A DNA stretch of 64,000 bases from Octopus sinensis (lineage: Eukaryota): contig NC_043000.1 in assembly GCF_006345805.1 (NCBI RefSeq), forward strand, positions 6,076,001-6,140,000, written 5' to 3'. The position numbers and the translations under genes are program-made. Shown here piece by piece: positions 61,161 through 64,000 of the stretch. The first letter of the stretch is position 1; each line of letters begins with the position of its first letter. The notes beneath the pieces are model-generated. The model was given only the letters and a program-made list of their open reading frames with translations. It was not told where the DNA came from and made no database searches.

Positions 61161-62173
61161 TCTATATATATAAAACTGTAGTTGTGTGAGTGTCTGTCCC
61201 CTTCGATTTAGATTCCTAACTCCTCCCACATTTTGCGGTGCAGTTTAACCAAATTCGGGTATCTTATAGTCGTGATTCATATCGAGCCCGTCTGACTATT
61301 AGCGTGCATCAACGATGAGTCTACGATTTTAAAAATAATTTAACATCATTTTTTATTCCATTTTAATGCATAAAATGCATCGTGTGTCGATGGCGGCGGA
61401 GTTGGCGTCCACGCTCACAGCTGCACCTGTTTGCTTCTCCCCCTTCCCTCCCTCGTGAAGCTGTGGGGAAGGGAGTGTAAAGAAATCAACGTCGTAATGC
61501 GTTGTGAAGGAAACCAGCGTTCTTTTAGAACACGACTTCATGGCTTGAAGACACCAAAACCAAAAATGGCTAAGAAAGCCCGAATTATAAGGGAAGTAAC
61601 TCTCTAAAAATGCTTATATAGTTATTTCCCTTACAAACCCGAGCAACGCGGGCGATACTGCTAGTCTATATAAAAAACTGTAGTTGTGTGAGTGTCTGTC
61701 CCCTCGATTTAGATTCCTAACTCCTCCCACATTTGCGGTGCAGGTTAACCAAATTCGGGTATCTTATAGTCGTGATTCATATCGAGCCCGTCTGCATATT
61801 AGCGCGCGTCTACGATGAGTCTACGATTTAAAAAATATTTACATCATTTTTTATTCCATTTTAATTGCATAAAATGCATCGTGTGTCGATGGCGGCGGAG
61901 TTGGCGTCCATGGTCACACCTGCACCTGCTGCTTCTCCCCTTCTTCCCTCCCTCGTGAAGCTGTGGGGAAGGGAGTGTAAGGAAATCAATGTCATAAAGC
62001 GTTGTCAAGGAAACCAGTGTTCTTTTAGAACAACGACTTCATGGCTTGAGAAGAACACCAAAACAGAAATGGCTAAGAAAGCCCGAATGGCATCTATAAG
62101 GAAGTAACTCTCTAAAAATGCTTATATAGTTATTTCCCTTACAAACCCGAGCAACGCCGGGCGATACTGCTAG
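61161..62173 (+). mobile_element. Head-to-tail dimer of a roughly 505-bp non-autonomous Helitron (61161-61664 and 61665-62173)
   Basis: A|TCTATATATATAAAACTGTAG ... hairpin ... CTAG|TCTATATAAAAAACTGTAG ... CTAG|T. Confidence 0.9.
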
Positions 62174-62964
62174 TTTTGTATAAAAAAGGAACAAATGTAG
62201 ACATTTTACAACTAGTTGCTGTTTAACCCCAAAGTAAGCCCTCATAGAACAGGCCTATGATCAGACGTTCCAGCTATGACCCCCCATCTTTTTTTATTTT
62301 TTTTTTTAGATATTTTGGCCCATAGTATCCGATATTCTTTGGCAGATAACAGCTAGTCCTTTGAGAGAGATTTAATTATTATCTATCGCAGAGCCTCTCC
62401 CAACAGTTTCTGAATTAAATTACTGAAGGTACCCCCTCCCCCATACATACATATGTACATACATACACATATACATACATGCACAGACAGACAGATAGAA
62501 GTGGTGCCTCTAAAGATTAAGCATCTAAATAATAATTGATCACATCCTTATTTTCAGGTCAAACAGTACAGTATAAACTATCAAGAAGAATTATGTTTGA
62601 CAACATCTACAGTGAAGTCAATAATATGTTTAAAAAGAAAGTATCTCAAGGGAGCATTCTGCATATTAAATATGCATGCAGTCAGGACTCACATAAATGA
62701 TGTATGAAATTGAAAAGATTTCAACTGAACAACAAAGAATATTAATGCAATCAGTAGACAAAAGCTCTCACAAAGAATGTTTAAAATCTAACAGAAAACA
62801 AGAAAGATAACTCAAATAAAATCATATTTTAGTCAACTATCTTTTGGAAGCCACAATTGCTAAAGATAAGTGCACTAGTTGCAGGAAGAATGATTCAAAC
62901 AGTTTTAAATTAAAGACCAGATATTTTGGGCCGTAAATTTAATATTGTGATGGCAAGGTATAAA

Positions 62965-63350
62965 GGCATGGCTGTGTGGTTAGGAAGTCTGCTTGCCAGC
63001 CATGTGATTTTGGGTTCAGTTTTACTTGACAGCACCATGTGTTTTCTACAATAGCCTCAGGCCGACCAAAGCCTTGTAAGTGGATTTGGTAGATGGAAAT
63101 CGAAAGTAGCCCCCCACCAAACACACACATGTATATATATATATGAAGGCACATAGCCTAGTGGTTAGGGTGTTGTACTTATAATCACTAGACTGTGGGT
63201 TCAATTCCTGGACTGGACAACACATTGTTATTCTTGAGCAAGACATTTCATTTTATGTTGCTCTCTGCTGTCTTTTCAACATCTGACATGTGGCACAGCT
63301 GTGCAACCTATACAGATAGTGTCAATTTGATGGAGGGAATGAGCTTGTGT
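62965..63350 (+). mobile_element. SINE-A head (about 62965-63130) followed by a diverged SINE-F-type element (about 63146-63350)
   Basis: ggcatggctgtgtggtt...ccaaagccttgtaagtggatttgg; gaaggcacatagcctagtggttagg...ggttcaattcc...cttgagcaagaca. Confidence 0.7.
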
Positions 63351-63527
63351 GAACACAAATATTTGAGCACCATAAACAAATCATCTGTTTGGTTGTTCAG
63401 CAAGAAACTGCAAAAACTTCATCCATCATCTAATGACAGGAGAGTTCATAACATATCTATCCATCTATCATATAAATATATGTATATAATTATAATATTT
63501 TTTATAAGACTTAAAGCTTAGAAGCAC

Positions 63528-63829
63528 TGGGCTATCATCTCTTCGGCCCTATGAAAGAGGGTTTGTGAGGCAAACATTATTCCAGTGACGAGGAAGTGAA
63601 AACTGTAGTGAAGAAGTGGCTCAAAGAACAGTCAACCGAATTTTTGGAGAGGAGATACATGCTCTCATTCGAAGGTGGAACATTACTATTGAGAGAAACG
63701 GTGACTATGTTGAGAAGTAGGGATGTGATCCACAGAGGACCAGCTTCATTTTGATGTATGATACATGTTCCTGTGTTGGTAATTATACCTGTCCTAAACA
63801 AAATGGCATTACTTTCTGACTCAGCCTCG
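63528..63829 (+). mobile_element. Mariner 3' fragment with right TIR
   Basis: YHLFGPMKEGL.GKHYSSDEEVKTVVKKWLKEQ...RWN...NGDYVEK*, ending attactttctgactcagcctcg|TA. Confidence 0.85.
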
Positions 63830-64000
63830 TATGTATGTGTGTGAGTGTGTATATGTGCCCCTGGGTGGGGAATGTCTTCTGGTCTTGACATTTTGTAACA
63901 GTTATAAATGAGCCCCACTATCATACGAATGGTGTCAAATTTTTAACCCATGAAACCATGTGCAATCATGGGGAAATACTCTTTCTCTTGGAGACAAGAA

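Noticed and set aside
1-64000. CRISPR arrays, operons or prokaryotic/viral systems
   Set aside because: None seen. All regularly repeated units are microsatellites, SINE/LINE tandem modules or Helitron dimers in eukaryotic intron context.

Overview
AT-rich, microsatellite- and repeat-dense eukaryotic DNA. The repeat landscape looks like an octopus (coleoid cephalopod) genome; this is inference from recalled repeat families, not a database result. The window holds the middle of one minus-strand gene, an MCTP (multiple C2 and transmembrane domain protein). I assembled five in-phase coding exons: 60828-60723, 37806-37584, 35222-35114, 2057-1881 and 336-206 (746 nt). They encode C2A, the linker and most of C2B, and are separated by GT-AG introns of about 22.9, 2.4, 33.1 and 1.5 kb. 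Three of these exons are absent from the supplied ORF track. The rest is intron filled with tRNA-derived SINEs, RTE/CR1 LINE ends, a Penelope-like element, mariner, DD41D, pogo-like and piggyBac remnants, MITEs and Helitrons. Most listed ORFs are microsatellite or repeat noise. I found no clearly new gene system. The best leads are RNA-structure features on the MCTP pre-mRNA: a 104-bp spacerless palindrome, a 59-nt hairpin that pairs fully only on the transcribed strand, a hammerhead-like motif with a core variant in the Penelope end, inverted SINEs bracketing exons 2-3 (circRNA-type architecture) and a roughly 245-bp-arm inverted repeat. Repeat boundaries are approximate unless TIRs or TSDs are quoted. 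Family labels (SINE-A, -B, -F, family C, family D, TTAA-MITE-1, -2) are my own working names, and exon numbers refer only to exons visible in this window.
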